This document shows, one piece after another, positions 35,201-45,657 of a stretch of DNA of 64,000 nucleotides (positions are counted from its first letter, which is position 1; every line of letters starts with the position of its first letter). The DNA is from an uncultured Spirochaetaceae bacterium (GTDB lineage Bacteria > Myxococcota_A > UBA9160 > UBA4427). Position numbers and translations under genes: made by a program. The stretch covers positions 1,883 to 65,882 of the forward strand of contig CAYWGW010000002.1 of NCBI GenBank assembly GCA_964457385.1, read 5' to 3'. A model generated the notes under the pieces. That model was not told the origin of the DNA, ran no database searches, and worked only from the letters and a program-made list of their open reading frames with translations.

Positions 35201-35296
35201 GCTCCTTCGGTGGCCGTTCGACCCTTCCGCTCCTGCGACGGAGAGGGCACTGGCTTTGCGTCCCAGCGTTTCCGCAGGTTTGCCATTTCGGGGAGC
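35201..35296 (-). promoter_or_regulatory. c-di-GMP-I (GEMM-I) riboswitch candidate in the 5' leader of the EAL-HDOD gene
   Basis: The minus strand reads GCUCC CCGAAAU GGCAAACC UGCG GAAA CGCU GGGACGCAAAGCC AGUG CCCUCUCC GUCGCA GGAG CGGA AGGG UCGAAC GGC CACCGAA GGAGC CCC AUG. The GGCAAACC-4nt-GAAA-4nt-GGGACGCAAAGCC core has the same order and spacing as the V. cholerae Vc2 aptamer. Confidence 0.75.
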
Positions 35297-35431
35297 AGGC
35301 GAGCGAAGAGCCGGGATCGACCCGATCTTGCGACCGCGCGCGCTCGACTGGAATGATCGCGTGCTGCTGGAGCTGATCGTCTCCGGCGGTTGCGAACTTG
35401 AGTGGTCGTCCGTGGGGAGGATGGCCTTGCT

Positions 35432-36727
35432 TCAGTCGAGATCGCGCAGCCCGTCCAACCGCAGCCAGGCCCAGAACGCGTACGCGACGAGAAGGCTGCC
35501 GTAGAGGGCGACGACCGTCGGGAGCCCGGAGACCGCGCCGAGTAGACCGCCGAGCTGCGCGCCGATCGGCATCGAGACGATGATGCTCATCAGCTGGAGG
35601 GAGGTGACACGACCGCGGAAGACGGTGGGGACGTGGATCTGGATCGAGGTCGTGATCGATACGTTCACGAGGACGTGCGCCAATCCCGTGATCGCGAAGC
35701 CGACGACACCGAACCGGAAGTCGCTCGTCGACGCCACGACCCACAGGCCCGATCCGTACAGCACGAACCCCCATTGCACGAGAGCCGACCGACGGATCCG
35801 GTCACCGAGCCAGACAGTCAGAAGCGCCGTTGCGAAAGCGGCCACGCCGATCGACGAGACCAGGATGCCGAGCCCCTGCTCCCCCACGAGGAAGACGTCC
35901 TTCGCGAGCCCGGCGATCAGCGGCTGGATGCCCATGCCGAACATCGCCGTCACCGTTGAAGTCATCAGCGCGACACGGAGTCGTCGATCCCGCCAGACGA
36001 CCCGCGCGCCCGCGCGAAGATCCGAGAGCAGGCTCTCGGGGATCGCTCGATCCGAAGGGTGCGGTCGAAGGAACAGCAGCACGATCGCGAGGGGCAGATA
36101 GGCGACGGCGTTGACGAGAAAGGCCATCGTGGCGCCCCACTGAGCGAGGACGAATCCCGCGGCGGCCGGTCCGAGGGCTCTCGAGACGTTGAACTGGATC
36201 GCATTCAATCGATAGGCGGGGGCGATCTGGCCTCTCGGAACGATCTCGGCGACGAAAGACTGGTAGGCCGATAGATGCGTCGCCGACGCGAATCCCATGG
36301 TGGCGGCCAGGCCGAGCAGGGATGGCAACGCCAGGGCTCCAGCCCTGCTGGTCAGGAAGAGCGAGAGCGCGATGCCGACCTGGATGCCGAGCGAGCACAG
36401 CAGGACCATCCGCTTCGGGAAACGATCGGCCCATAGACCTCCCAGGGGCGAGGCGATGATCGCAGGACCCTGGGAGGCGAGTGCGGCGACTCCGAGCCAG
36501 GCGCTCGAGCCGGTCATCTCGTAGACCAGATAGGGGACGCTCAGCCCGAGCATCCAGTTCGCCGAGGCCGATAGCGCCCCTGCGAGCCAGCAGCTGACGA
36601 ATTGCGTCTCGCGCAGCGGGGCAAGGGGAGAGACAGGCTGGAGTGCAGTCTCCGCCGCCACTGCCGATCGTTTCGACTCCAAGCTCTCGAGTGCTCCCGA
36701 GCGCGCGGGCACTCGTTCCGGGTTCAT
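35432..36727 (-). CDS. MFS transporter
   Basis: 431 aa with about 12 predicted hydrophobic segments and a GGLWADRFPKR-type loop between TM2 and TM3. Confidence 0.85.
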   Translation of the reverse strand: MNPERVPARSGALESLESKRSAVAAETALQPVSPLAPLRETQFVSCWLAGALSASANWMLGLSVPYLVYEMTGSSAWLGVAALASQGPAIIASPLGGLWADRFPKRMVLLCSLGIQVGIALSLFLTSRAGALALPSLLGLAATMGFASATHLSAYQSFVAEIVPRGQIAPAYRLNAIQFNVSRALGPAAAGFVLAQWGATMAFLVNAVAYLPLAIVLLFLRPHPSDRAIPESLLSDLRAGARVVWRDRRLRVALMTSTVTAMFGMGIQPLIAGLAKDVFLVGEQGLGILVSSIGVAAFATALLTVWLGDRIRRSALVQWGFVLYGSGLWVVASTSDFRFGVVGFAITGLAHVLVNVSITTSIQIHVPTVFRGRVTSLQLMSIIVSMPIGAQLGGLLGAVSGLPTVVALYGSLLVAYAFWAWLRLDGLRDLD

Positions 36728-36795
36728 TCCATCTCGTTTCGGGGAGCCTCGATGCTACGACAGACGATCCGCCCCTTCGACCCGTCTGGATCCGA

Positions 36796-37545
36796 TCATG
36801 CGTGTGGCCGCGCCAGCCAGATGGTATGCCGCGCGCGCCCACGAGATCCGGTGTGCGGCGGGACGCGGTGGATTTCGACGTGCTCCATCGAGCGGGCGAG
36901 ACGCTTGCCGAAGGCTTCGTCGGGACCGGCTGACCAATAGGCCGCGACGCCATCCGGGCGCAGAGCGCGAGCCGTCATGGCGAGTCCGTCGGGTTCGTAG
37001 AGTCGCGCGTTCTGACGTCGACTCAGGGCTTCGGGCCCGTTGTCGACATCGAGCAGGAGGACGTCGAATCGGCCGCAGGCTGGTCCGGCGGCGGCGCATG
37101 CGATCACTTTGCCAATGTCGTCGACGAGCAGGTCCAGCCGCGGATCGTCCAGCGGACGGTTCGCGAGGGGAGCGAGCCAGCGTCGATTCCAGTCCACGAT
37201 CCGATCTTCGATCTCCACCACGTCGATTCGAGCGTGGGGAAACGTCTCGAGCGCGGCGGCCGCCGTGAATCCCATTCCGAGCCCTCCGACCAGGACGCGG
37301 CGTGCTGCGTCCGCCTCGGTGCGAGCCGAGTCGGAATGGCCGGGGGCATCTACAGCCGCAGGCTGCGTGGTCGCAAGGGCCGCGCCGGCCAATCGCGCGA
37401 GGGCAGCCTCCGATCCGGACCGGTGGCTGCTCATCAACTCGACAGCGCCGGCCCGAATGACGTATTCCTGTCCACGGCGATGGAGTGAGAGAGGGAGGGA
37501 CCCGGGGCTGCCGGAAATCGTCGAGAGAGTCTCCCAGGCAATCAT
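36796..37545 (-). CDS. Spermidine-synthase-like class I SAM-dependent methyltransferase-fold protein
   Basis: RVLVGGLGMGFTAAAALE (SAM/dcSAM-binding loop), VVEIEDRIVDW, FDVLLLDVDNGP and RALRPDGVAAYW. Confidence 0.7.
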   Translation of the reverse strand: MIAWETLSTISGSPGSLPLSLHRRGQEYVIRAGAVELMSSHRSGSEAALARLAGAALATTQPAAVDAPGHSDSARTEADAARRVLVGGLGMGFTAAAALETFPHARIDVVEIEDRIVDWNRRWLAPLANRPLDDPRLDLLVDDIGKVIACAAAGPACGRFDVLLLDVDNGPEALSRRQNARLYEPDGLAMTARALRPDGVAAYWSAGPDEAFGKRLARSMEHVEIHRVPPHTGSRGRARHTIWLARPHA

Positions 37546-37583
37546 CGTGAATCGGTCCTCGCTGCTGCGCCACTGCGGCAGGA

Positions 37584-38609
<1,026 letters not shown>

Positions 38610-38613
38610 GGTG

Positions 38614-40467
38614 TCATGCCTCCGCGTGGAGCTTGCGGATGGCCTCTGCCAGCTCCCCGATCTTGAATGGTTGGCCCTCGATCTTCGAGAACGAGCGTAC
38701 GTCGACCAGGTACCGGGCCCGCAGCAGCAGCGCCAGATGACCGTCCGAGAGCTCCGGCAGCAACACCTTCCGGAATCGCCCCATGACCTCCCCCAGATTC
38801 GAAGGGAAGGGGTTCAGATGCCGGAGATGAATCTGTGAAACGGAGAGTCCCTCGGCTCGAGCCGCCTCCACCGCGGCCGTGATCGCGCCGCGCGTCCCGC
38901 CCCATCCCACGACGAGCAGCTCGCCCGCGTCGGGTCCATCGATCTCGACCGGAGGCAGATCCTTTTCGATGCCTTCGATCTTCTGCTTGCGCAAGGCGAT
39001 CATCTTGCCGTGGTTCGCGGGCTCGTAACTGACGTTGCCCGTCACGTCCTGCTTCGTCAGGCCCCCGATCCGATGCTCGAGGCCCGGCGTGCCCGGGATC
39101 GCCCAGGGCCTGGCCAGCGTCTCGGGATGGCGGGCGTAGGGCTGGAACTCGCCGACCTCGGGCGGCCGGGCGAACTCGACCGTCTGGCGCTCGAGTGCGT
39201 CCACGTCGGGGATCAGCCAGGGCTCGGCGCTGTTTGCCAGATAGCCGTCCGAGAGCAGGACGACCGGCGTCATGTATCGCACGGCGATCCGGAAGGCCTC
39301 GAGGGCGGTGTGGAAGCAGTCGCCTGGCGTCGAAGCGGCGAGGATCGGGAGCGGGCTCTGTGAATGACGTCCAAAGAGCGCGGCCAGCAGGTCACCCTGC
39401 TCGGTCTTGGTCGGCGAGCCGGTCGAGGGCCCCGCGCGCTGAACGTTGATGGCGACCAGGGGAAGCTCCACCATCACCGCGAGCCCAAGGGCTTCCTGCT
39501 TCAGCACGAAGCCGGGGCCGCTCGAGACAGTCACAGCCAACATCCCTGCGAAAGCTGCGCCGATCGTCGCCGAGACGGCTGCGATCTCGTCCTCCGCCTG
39601 CAGCGTCTTCACGCCGAAGTGTCGGTAGCGTGCTACTTCGTGGAGCACGTCGCTGGCGGGCGTGATCGGGTACGCTCCCAGAAAGACCTCGCGGTCCATC
39701 TGCACGCCGGCGGCCACGATGCCCCAGGCCAGGGCCTGGTTGCCCGTGATGTTTCGGTAGGTGCCGGGTTCGAGCTTGGCCGAAGGCACGACGAAGGAAA
39801 CGGGAAAGAGCTCCGTCGTCTCACCGAAGGCGTGGCCCGCCCGTAGCGTGCGCAGATTGCCTTCGAGTACGTCGCCCTTGAACTTGCCCGAGAGCCAGCG
39901 CTCGGTCGCGGCCATCGGTCGACCGTAGAGCCAGCAGAGCAGTCCGAGCGCGAAGAAGTTTTTGCAGCGATCCATCTCGCGCTGGCTGAGGTCGAGTCCC
40001 TGAAGCGCCTCGCGGTTGAGCGTCGTGAAGGGAATCTCCACGAGTTGGAAGCGATCACGGAGATCGGGCAGGGGATCTTCTCGGTAGCCCGCACGATCGA
40101 GCGCCTTCTTGTTGAATGAGTCCGCGTTGATGATCACCATGCCGCCCGCGCGAACGTCTTCTGCGTTGGCCCGCAGGGCGGCCGGATTGAAGGCGATCAG
40201 GACGTCGGGACGGTCGGCGGGTGTGTGGATGTCGTGGCTGGAAAAATGGATCTGGAAGCCTGAAACCCCTGCCATCGTGCCCGCAGGAGCACGGATCTCG
40301 GCCGGAAAATCCGGGAAGGTGGAGAGGTCGTTCCCGGCGAGGGCGGTCTCGTCGGTGAACTTCGATCCGGTGAGCTGCATGCCGTCGCCAGAATCGCCCG
40401 CGAATCGGATCGCGACGCTGTCGACTGGCTGGGAAGGCTTCTCGCTGGAGCTCTCGGTGACTGTCAC
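38614..40467 (-). CDS. korA: 2-oxoacid:ferredoxin oxidoreductase subunit alpha
   Basis: IRFAGDSGDGMQLTG near the N terminus, plus AYPITPASD. GTG 40467 gives about 617 aa, typical for KorA. The in-frame region up to ATG 40581/40743 has low third-position GC (about 63% by hand count), so it is probably leader. Confidence 0.85.
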   Translation of the reverse strand: MTVTESSSEKPSQPVDSVAIRFAGDSGDGMQLTGSKFTDETALAGNDLSTFPDFPAEIRAPAGTMAGVSGFQIHFSSHDIHTPADRPDVLIAFNPAALRANAEDVRAGGMVIINADSFNKKALDRAGYREDPLPDLRDRFQLVEIPFTTLNREALQGLDLSQREMDRCKNFFALGLLCWLYGRPMAATERWLSGKFKGDVLEGNLRTLRAGHAFGETTELFPVSFVVPSAKLEPGTYRNITGNQALAWGIVAAGVQMDREVFLGAYPITPASDVLHEVARYRHFGVKTLQAEDEIAAVSATIGAAFAGMLAVTVSSGPGFVLKQEALGLAVMVELPLVAINVQRAGPSTGSPTKTEQGDLLAALFGRHSQSPLPILAASTPGDCFHTALEAFRIAVRYMTPVVLLSDGYLANSAEPWLIPDVDALERQTVEFARPPEVGEFQPYARHPETLARPWAIPGTPGLEHRIGGLTKQDVTGNVSYEPANHGKMIALRKQKIEGIEKDLPPVEIDGPDAGELLVVGWGGTRGAITAAVEAARAEGLSVSQIHLRHLNPFPSNLGEVMGRFRKVLLPELSDGHLALLLRARYLVDVRSFSKIEGQPFKIGELAEAIRKLHAEA

Positions 40468-40777
40468 GTTGGCTGGATCTTTCGTTGGCTCGGCTGGAGC
40501 AGAGGACCTGGATTCGTGCTCGCGGCTTGCCGGCGATGACGCCCGATCGCAGAACCGCTTTGAAGCTCGCGCCCCGGCCATGCGGCGCTCTGTCGTGGGA
40601 TCGGGGCGTGTCAGACCATCGGAGAGTGTATCCCTCTCGAAGACGCGCGAAAGGTCCTTTCGGGTGGTGGGTCGCTCGGGAGGGCCATTGGATTCGGCCT
40701 TTCTTTCCGCCGGCTTCCGCCGGCGATGACCTGCGAGCCGCACTCAAGGTTCCGGTCTCCCCGCCCGATGCAAGGAC

Positions 40778-41626
40778 ATGTTCCGACGCCTCTCCGAGCC
40801 TCTGCCGCTGTCGGAGGCGAGCCTGCTCGCCCTGCGTCCGGCGTTGAATACGCCGGTCCTGAACGTGGGCTTCCTTCCGGTGGGCCCGGCTCGGGCTGCG
40901 CTCGTCGTGTTCGCCGAGGAGTATGGCGCGATCGGGATCGCCTTCGGGATCCGGTCGGTCGAGGGCAGGCAGGTTGCCGTGCTGCGCAACCAGGAGACGA
41001 TCGAGGAGACTGCGGCCCTGTCCGAGGCACTCGAGCCGGCACTCGCAGCGGCGGAGCGCATGGGCTTTCTGTTCGATGAGGACATGCTCGTCGAGTCGAC
41101 CGCGGTGGCCCGCACCGCTGCGGCGCGTCTCTGGTCCGAGCTGATGGGAGACCCGGAGGTCGAGTTTGTCGCGTCCCCGCCGCAGCGATCGGCGCGAGCG
41201 GATGACCCGGGCGCCGACCCGGACGATCTCGACGATTTCGCGGAGCTCGTCCTGGAAGAGGTCGCACCGGTGGACCTTGCCGAATTGGATCAGGAAATCG
41301 ACGAGATCGCATTGGATCTCGAGGCGGCCCAGCCGCCGCGCGAGCCCGTTGTTTCCGACGGTCGCCGACTCGAAACGGGCTCGCGGTCGACCGCCGTAGG
41401 CTCCGTCGAATCCCAGGTTCCGGAACGGCGGACGGCATCGCTCTCGAAGTTCCGGTTGGTCGCGTCGGAACCGGGCGATTCGAGCGAAGGAGGGCCGGTG
41501 AGTAGCGAGACGCCGGGCCCGGCCTCCCCTCTGGGCCGTATCCCGCTGAAGCGCGTGCGCGGCGGTGGCCGCGATGCGGCGACTCGTCGCATTCCCTATC
41601 TCGCGAGACTGCTCTCGAGCTTCTGA
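40778..41626 (+). CDS. Hypothetical protein (structured N-terminal ~110 aa, acidic linker, basic C-terminal tail ending RRIPYLARLLSSF)
   Basis: 282 aa with very high third-position GC. It is divergent from korA. I recognise no domain. Confidence 0.55.
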   Translation: MFRRLSEPLPLSEASLLALRPALNTPVLNVGFLPVGPARAALVVFAEEYGAIGIAFGIRSVEGRQVAVLRNQETIEETAALSEALEPALAAAERMGFLFDEDMLVESTAVARTAAARLWSELMGDPEVEFVASPPQRSARADDPGADPDDLDDFAELVLEEVAPVDLAELDQEIDEIALDLEAAQPPREPVVSDGRRLETGSRSTAVGSVESQVPERRTASLSKFRLVASEPGDSSEGGPVSSETPGPASPLGRIPLKRVRGGGRDAATRRIPYLARLLSSF

Positions 41627-41659
41627 GCATCCCGCTCCGACACGAACCGAGGAGAGGTC

Positions 41660-42499
41660 ATGAAGAGAACGACTGCAGCCGCGACGAGCCGGGGACTCTG
41701 CGGAGGCGCTCGACTTCAGCTGTGGCTCGCCACAGCGATTCTGGGCCTGCTGACGACCGGCTGTGCGATGGTGCCGGTGCCATCCGATGCGGGGGGCACC
41801 GTCTCGGAGAGCCAGGCCAAGCGCGATCTGGGAATCGACTACCTCCGATCCCGACGAACGGCGATGGCGATTCGTGAGCTGAAGGCGTCGCTCGACCTCG
41901 ACGCCCGGGACCCCGCGACCCATCTCTGGCTCGGTGAGGCGTACCGACGAAAGGGTCGGACGGAGCTCGCCGAGACCTATCTGCGTCAAGCTCTCGAGCA
42001 CGCTCCCGAACCAGGGAACTCCGAAGTCGAGCAGGAGGCGCGACTCACCCTGTCGGCGCTACTATCCCAGATGGGGCGCTATGAAGAGTCGCTGGAGCAT
42101 TGCAGGCCGCTCGCGGACGATCCGACGCTGTCCACGCCCTGGCGGGCCCTCAATAACTGTGGCTGGGCCCTCATGCAGCTCGATCGTTTCGACGAGGCGC
42201 AGAAGTACTTCGCAGAGGCCCTCGACTACTTCCCACGATTCGGCCCGGCACTCCTCAACCTCGGGATCCTCCAGACCAGGCAGGGCGACCGGGTCGCGGC
42301 CATCAAGACCCTCGAGCGAGCACTCGAATCGAGTCTCGCCGGCGCCGGGCGGGCAGAGGCGCGCTACCGTCTGGGAGAGCTTTGCGTCGCGCTTGGTCGG
42401 CGAGAGGATGCCGTCGAGCATTTCCGGGTGGCCGCGGAGCGTGCGCCGAATCTCGAGTGGGGATCCCAGTCGCAGGCCTATCTCGACCTCCTTCGTTGA
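41660..42499 (+). CDS. TPR lipoprotein, PilW/PilF/Tgl-like type IV pilus biogenesis candidate
   Basis: Lipobox LLTTGC and about 6 TPR motifs in 279 aa. GGAGAGG lies upstream of the ATG. It is followed by a RodZ-like gene, as in pilW-rodZ synteny of other proteobacteria. Confidence 0.65.
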   Translation: MKRTTAAATSRGLCGGARLQLWLATAILGLLTTGCAMVPVPSDAGGTVSESQAKRDLGIDYLRSRRTAMAIRELKASLDLDARDPATHLWLGEAYRRKGRTELAETYLRQALEHAPEPGNSEVEQEARLTLSALLSQMGRYEESLEHCRPLADDPTLSTPWRALNNCGWALMQLDRFDEAQKYFAEALDYFPRFGPALLNLGILQTRQGDRVAAIKTLERALESSLAGAGRAEARYRLGELCVALGRREDAVEHFRVAAERAPNLEWGSQSQAYLDLLR

Positions 42500-42574
42500 G
42501 GCGCCGGGCGCGAGGCGGTCGAGGGCTTCTGGGACTCGTGACGTGCTGCTAGATTTTCGTCGCACGGGGTGGGT

Positions 42575-43165
42575 ATGACGAATCAGGGCGGCGAACCGGG
42601 GCGCGTCGGGCTCTTGACCGGACAGATGCACCCTTCATTCGATGTCAGTCCGATCGGGGAGTACCTTCGTCGCCAGAGGATGCTTCGCGGGGTCACGGCG
42701 GAAGAGCTCGCCCGGCTCACGCGCATCCCGCTTCGCTCGATCGAGCGGCTCGAGAGCGGTCAGTTCGACGGACAGTCGGACGGCTTCGCGCGAGGCTTCG
42801 TCCGCACGGTGGCGGACGCGCTGGGCCTCGATGTCGAGGATGCGGTGTCCCGAATGCTCGAGGAGCCGATCTCGAACACACGCGAGGAGCGTGACCAGGC
42901 GGGACTCGCATTTCGGCGGCATTCCTCGGCGGCGGTGGCGGCCTTCATCCTGCTATGCCTGATGTTCATGGCAGGCCAGGCGCTCTGGAAGCGCGGAGAC
43001 GAGCGCGCTTCAGGCGTCGATGCAGGTGAGATCGTCGTATGGAACGATCCGGTGCGAGCTCTTGCCCTTTCGACGGGCCTTGCGACGGAGCCCGCGGCCA
43101 CGCTCGAGAGCCCTGGATCCGACCCGAAGACGGGTGTGGCGGATCCCGGCACCCCCGTGCCCTAG
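42575..43165 (+). CDS. RodZ-like helix-turn-helix membrane protein
   Basis: The XRE-type HTH is IGEYLRRQRMLRGVTAEELARLTRIPLRSIERLESGQF, followed by GFARGFVRTVADALGLD. One TM is present (AVAAFILLCLMFMAGQALW). GTG 42569 is an alternative start. Confidence 0.65.
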   Translation: MTNQGGEPGRVGLLTGQMHPSFDVSPIGEYLRRQRMLRGVTAEELARLTRIPLRSIERLESGQFDGQSDGFARGFVRTVADALGLDVEDAVSRMLEEPISNTREERDQAGLAFRRHSSAAVAAFILLCLMFMAGQALWKRGDERASGVDAGEIVVWNDPVRALALSTGLATEPAATLESPGSDPKTGVADPGTPVP

Positions 43166-43184
43166 CGCGCCGCGGGGAAGGTCG

Positions 43185-43982
43185 ATGACCGCATTTCACT
43201 GCGAAGCCATCCTGCTCCGAAGTGTCGACTACGGAGAATCGGATCGGATCGTGCATCTGCTGACGCCGGAGGGTGGTCGACTCACCGCGATAGCCAAGGC
43301 CGCCCGTCGCAGCCATCGCCGCTTCCCCGGCACCCTCGACGTCTTCAATCGTCTGGAGGTTCGCGGCCAGAGGCGTCCGCGCTCGGCGCTGGCCCTGCTG
43401 GAGCAGGCCAGGCTGATCGATCCCTTCCTGGGTCTTCGTCAGGAGGCGTCGCGCTACGCGCTCGCGAGCTTTCTCGTGGAGGTGCTCGATCGGATGGCTC
43501 CCGAGGGCCTCGCTCCGGACGATGCGGAGCGGCTCTTCCGGTTCGCGGTCGACGCGCTCTCCCTGCTCGCGTCCGTCGGGCCTGATCGCGTTCTTCGGGT
43601 CTTGCTCGAGCTGCGAGCCCTCGATGCGCTCGGGATCCGACCGGAACTCGGACGCTGCGTCCGCTGTGGCCGGATTCCGTCGGTCCAGCTGCCCGAATCG
43701 CATTCCGTGGGCTTCCACGTGCCGGACGGGGGCCTCGTCTGCTCAGCCTGCGGTGTCGGTCTGGATGATCAGGTGAGAGTCACGCTGGGGACGCTGCGGA
43801 TCCTCGAGGCGGGTCTGGCGGCGGTTCCGGGGTCGCTCGCCGGGATCAGGCTCGATGCAGGATCGTTGACCGAGGCGGAGCAGCTGGTCTTCCGATTCCA
43901 ACGATTCCATGTCGGCCTGGAGCTGCGGAGTGCGCGATTCCTCAGCGAGACCATTCCCTCATCGGGATGGACTGCGGGTTGA
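43185..43982 (+). CDS. recO: DNA repair protein RecO
   Basis: CEAILLRSVDYGESDRIVHLLTPEGGRLTAIAKAARRS OB-fold start and the Zn motif CVRCG...CSAC. GGGGAAGG lies upstream of ATG 43185. Confidence 0.85.
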   Translation: MTAFHCEAILLRSVDYGESDRIVHLLTPEGGRLTAIAKAARRSHRRFPGTLDVFNRLEVRGQRRPRSALALLEQARLIDPFLGLRQEASRYALASFLVEVLDRMAPEGLAPDDAERLFRFAVDALSLLASVGPDRVLRVLLELRALDALGIRPELGRCVRCGRIPSVQLPESHSVGFHVPDGGLVCSACGVGLDDQVRVTLGTLRILEAGLAAVPGSLAGIRLDAGSLTEAEQLVFRFQRFHVGLELRSARFLSETIPSSGWTAG

Positions 43983-44110
43983 CCCTGGGGACGCTGCGAG
44001 GGATACTCCGCCGCACCGGCCGCTCTGCTGAAGCGCCAAACGGTGGCTTCGCCGATCGTTCGACGTATCCGGAGAGGCCCTGTGGCCGGCGCGGGGGCGA
44101 GGGATTCCTC

Positions 44111-44143
44111 GGAGAGAGCCCAGAGAGAGCCCGGAGAGAGCCG
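44111..44143 (+). repeat. 11-nt tandem repeat x3 in the recO-glyQS spacer
   Basis: The units are ggagagagccc agagagagccc ggagagagccg, head to tail. Confidence 0.85.
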
Positions 44144-44280
44144 GCATCGGTCGGATCCCGCCTCAGGGCTCTCGACCAGATTTCGCGAAGTGGTTTCCGC
44201 GCGAGGTCGCGTGAGAACCGCTCTCGCCACGGACCGGGAGGCGTCTCCCGGCAGCTTCCCACCAGGGACTCCCAGAAGCC

Positions 44281-45657
44281 ATGTCCGATTCCGTCCCCGA
44301 TCCTGCCTCCCCCGACCTCGAGGAGCGCGAGCGCCATCCCCTGGCGATGGAGACCCTCGTGGCGCTCTGCGCCTCGCGCGGATTCATCTACCCGGCGAGC
44401 GAGATCTACGGCGGGATCGCCGGATTCTGGGACTACGGTCCTCTCGGCGTCGAGCTCAAGAACAACCTGAAATCGCTCTGGTGGCGCAAGATGGTCCGGG
44501 AGCGGGACGACGTCGTCGGGATCGACAGCTCGATCATCTCCCATCCACGCACCTGGGAGGCCTCGGGTCACGTCGAGCACTTCAGCGATCCGATGGTCGA
44601 CTGCAGGACGTGCAAACGCCGATTCAGGGCGGACCAGATCGAGGGAGAGCGTTGTCCCGAGGCGCCGCGACAGCGGGCGATCGCCGAATGTGATCTCACC
44701 GAGGCGCGCGAGTTCAACCTGATGCTGCGGACCGAGCTCGGCGCTTCGGTCGAGGAGGCCCTGACCGCCTATCTGAGGCCAGAGACCTGCCAGCCGATCT
44801 TCAGTGGCTTCAAGCGCGTCCGGGAGGCGGCCCGGCAGAAGCTACCCTTCGGCATCGCCCAGATCGGCAAGGCGTTCCGCAACGAGATCACGCCGCGCAA
44901 CTTCACCTTCCGCTCACGCGAGTTCGAGCAGGCCGAGATGGAGTTCTTCTGCCATCCCTCGGAACGCGAGGAATGGTTCGCCCACTGGCGCGACGAACGT
45001 TTGCGGTTCCACCGCGAGATCGGATTCGGCTCGTCACTGCTGCGGATCCGGCCCCACGCCGAGGACGAGCTCGCGCACTACGCTCGTGCCGCAGACGACA
45101 TCGAGTTCCTCTTCCCCTTCGGCTGGCAGGAGATCGAAGGCATCCACGATCGCGGGGACTGGGACCTCTCGCGCCACACGCAGTACTCGGGAAAGGATCT
45201 GGGGATCACCGACGAGCAGACGAAGGAACGCTACATGCCTATGGTGATCGAGACCTCGGTGGGCGTGGATCGGACGACGCTGGCCCTGCTGGTGGCCGCC
45301 TACGATCGTGAGACCCTCGCAGAAGGAGAGGAGCGGACGGTTCTGCGCTTTCATCGCGCCCTGGCGCCCGTGAAGGCTGCCGTGCTCCCGCTCTCGAAGA
45401 AGTTGGCCGAGCCGGCCCATGCGATCCATCGGGTGCTTCGGAAGCAATTCAACGCGTTCTACGACGACGCCGGGAACATCGGGCGGCGCTACCGACGTCA
45501 GGACGAGGTCGGAACACCCTTCTGCGTCACCTACGATTTCGATTCCGAGCAAGATGGCCACGTGACCGTCCGGGAACGGGACACGATGAGCCAGGAGCGA
45601 GTCCCCGTCGAGGGACTCGGGCCCTATCTGCGTGATCGTCTGGAGGAGGAACTGTGA
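44281..45657 (+). CDS. glyQS: Glycine--tRNA ligase (homodimeric class II type)
   Basis: RGFIYPASEIYGGIAGFWDYGPLGVELKNN, GKAFRNEITPRNFTFRSREFEQAEMEFF and the anticodon-binding C terminus. Confidence 0.9.
   Translation: MSDSVPDPASPDLEERERHPLAMETLVALCASRGFIYPASEIYGGIAGFWDYGPLGVELKNNLKSLWWRKMVRERDDVVGIDSSIISHPRTWEASGHVEHFSDPMVDCRTCKRRFRADQIEGERCPEAPRQRAIAECDLTEAREFNLMLRTELGASVEEALTAYLRPETCQPIFSGFKRVREAARQKLPFGIAQIGKAFRNEITPRNFTFRSREFEQAEMEFFCHPSEREEWFAHWRDERLRFHREIGFGSSLLRIRPHAEDELAHYARAADDIEFLFPFGWQEIEGIHDRGDWDLSRHTQYSGKDLGITDEQTKERYMPMVIETSVGVDRTTLALLVAAYDRETLAEGEERTVLRFHRALAPVKAAVLPLSKKLAEPAHAIHRVLRKQFNAFYDDAGNIGRRYRRQDEVGTPFCVTYDFDSEQDGHVTVRERDTMSQERVPVEGLGPYLRDRLEEEL

Noticed and set aside
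35245-35259. Sigma-54-like GGGCAC-TGGCT-TTGC on the plus strand.
   Set aside because: It is simply the reverse complement of the riboswitch core (CGCAAAGCCAGUGCCC). No plus-strand gene follows, and the first T of TGGCAC is missing.
43983-44280. Possible T-box or other leader upstream of glyQS, and a repeated CTGGGGACGCTGCG (43781 and 43981).
   Set aside because: No specifier or T-box sequence is recognisable, and the 14-nt repeat is a single pair that could be chance. Only the 11-nt tandem repeat is reported.
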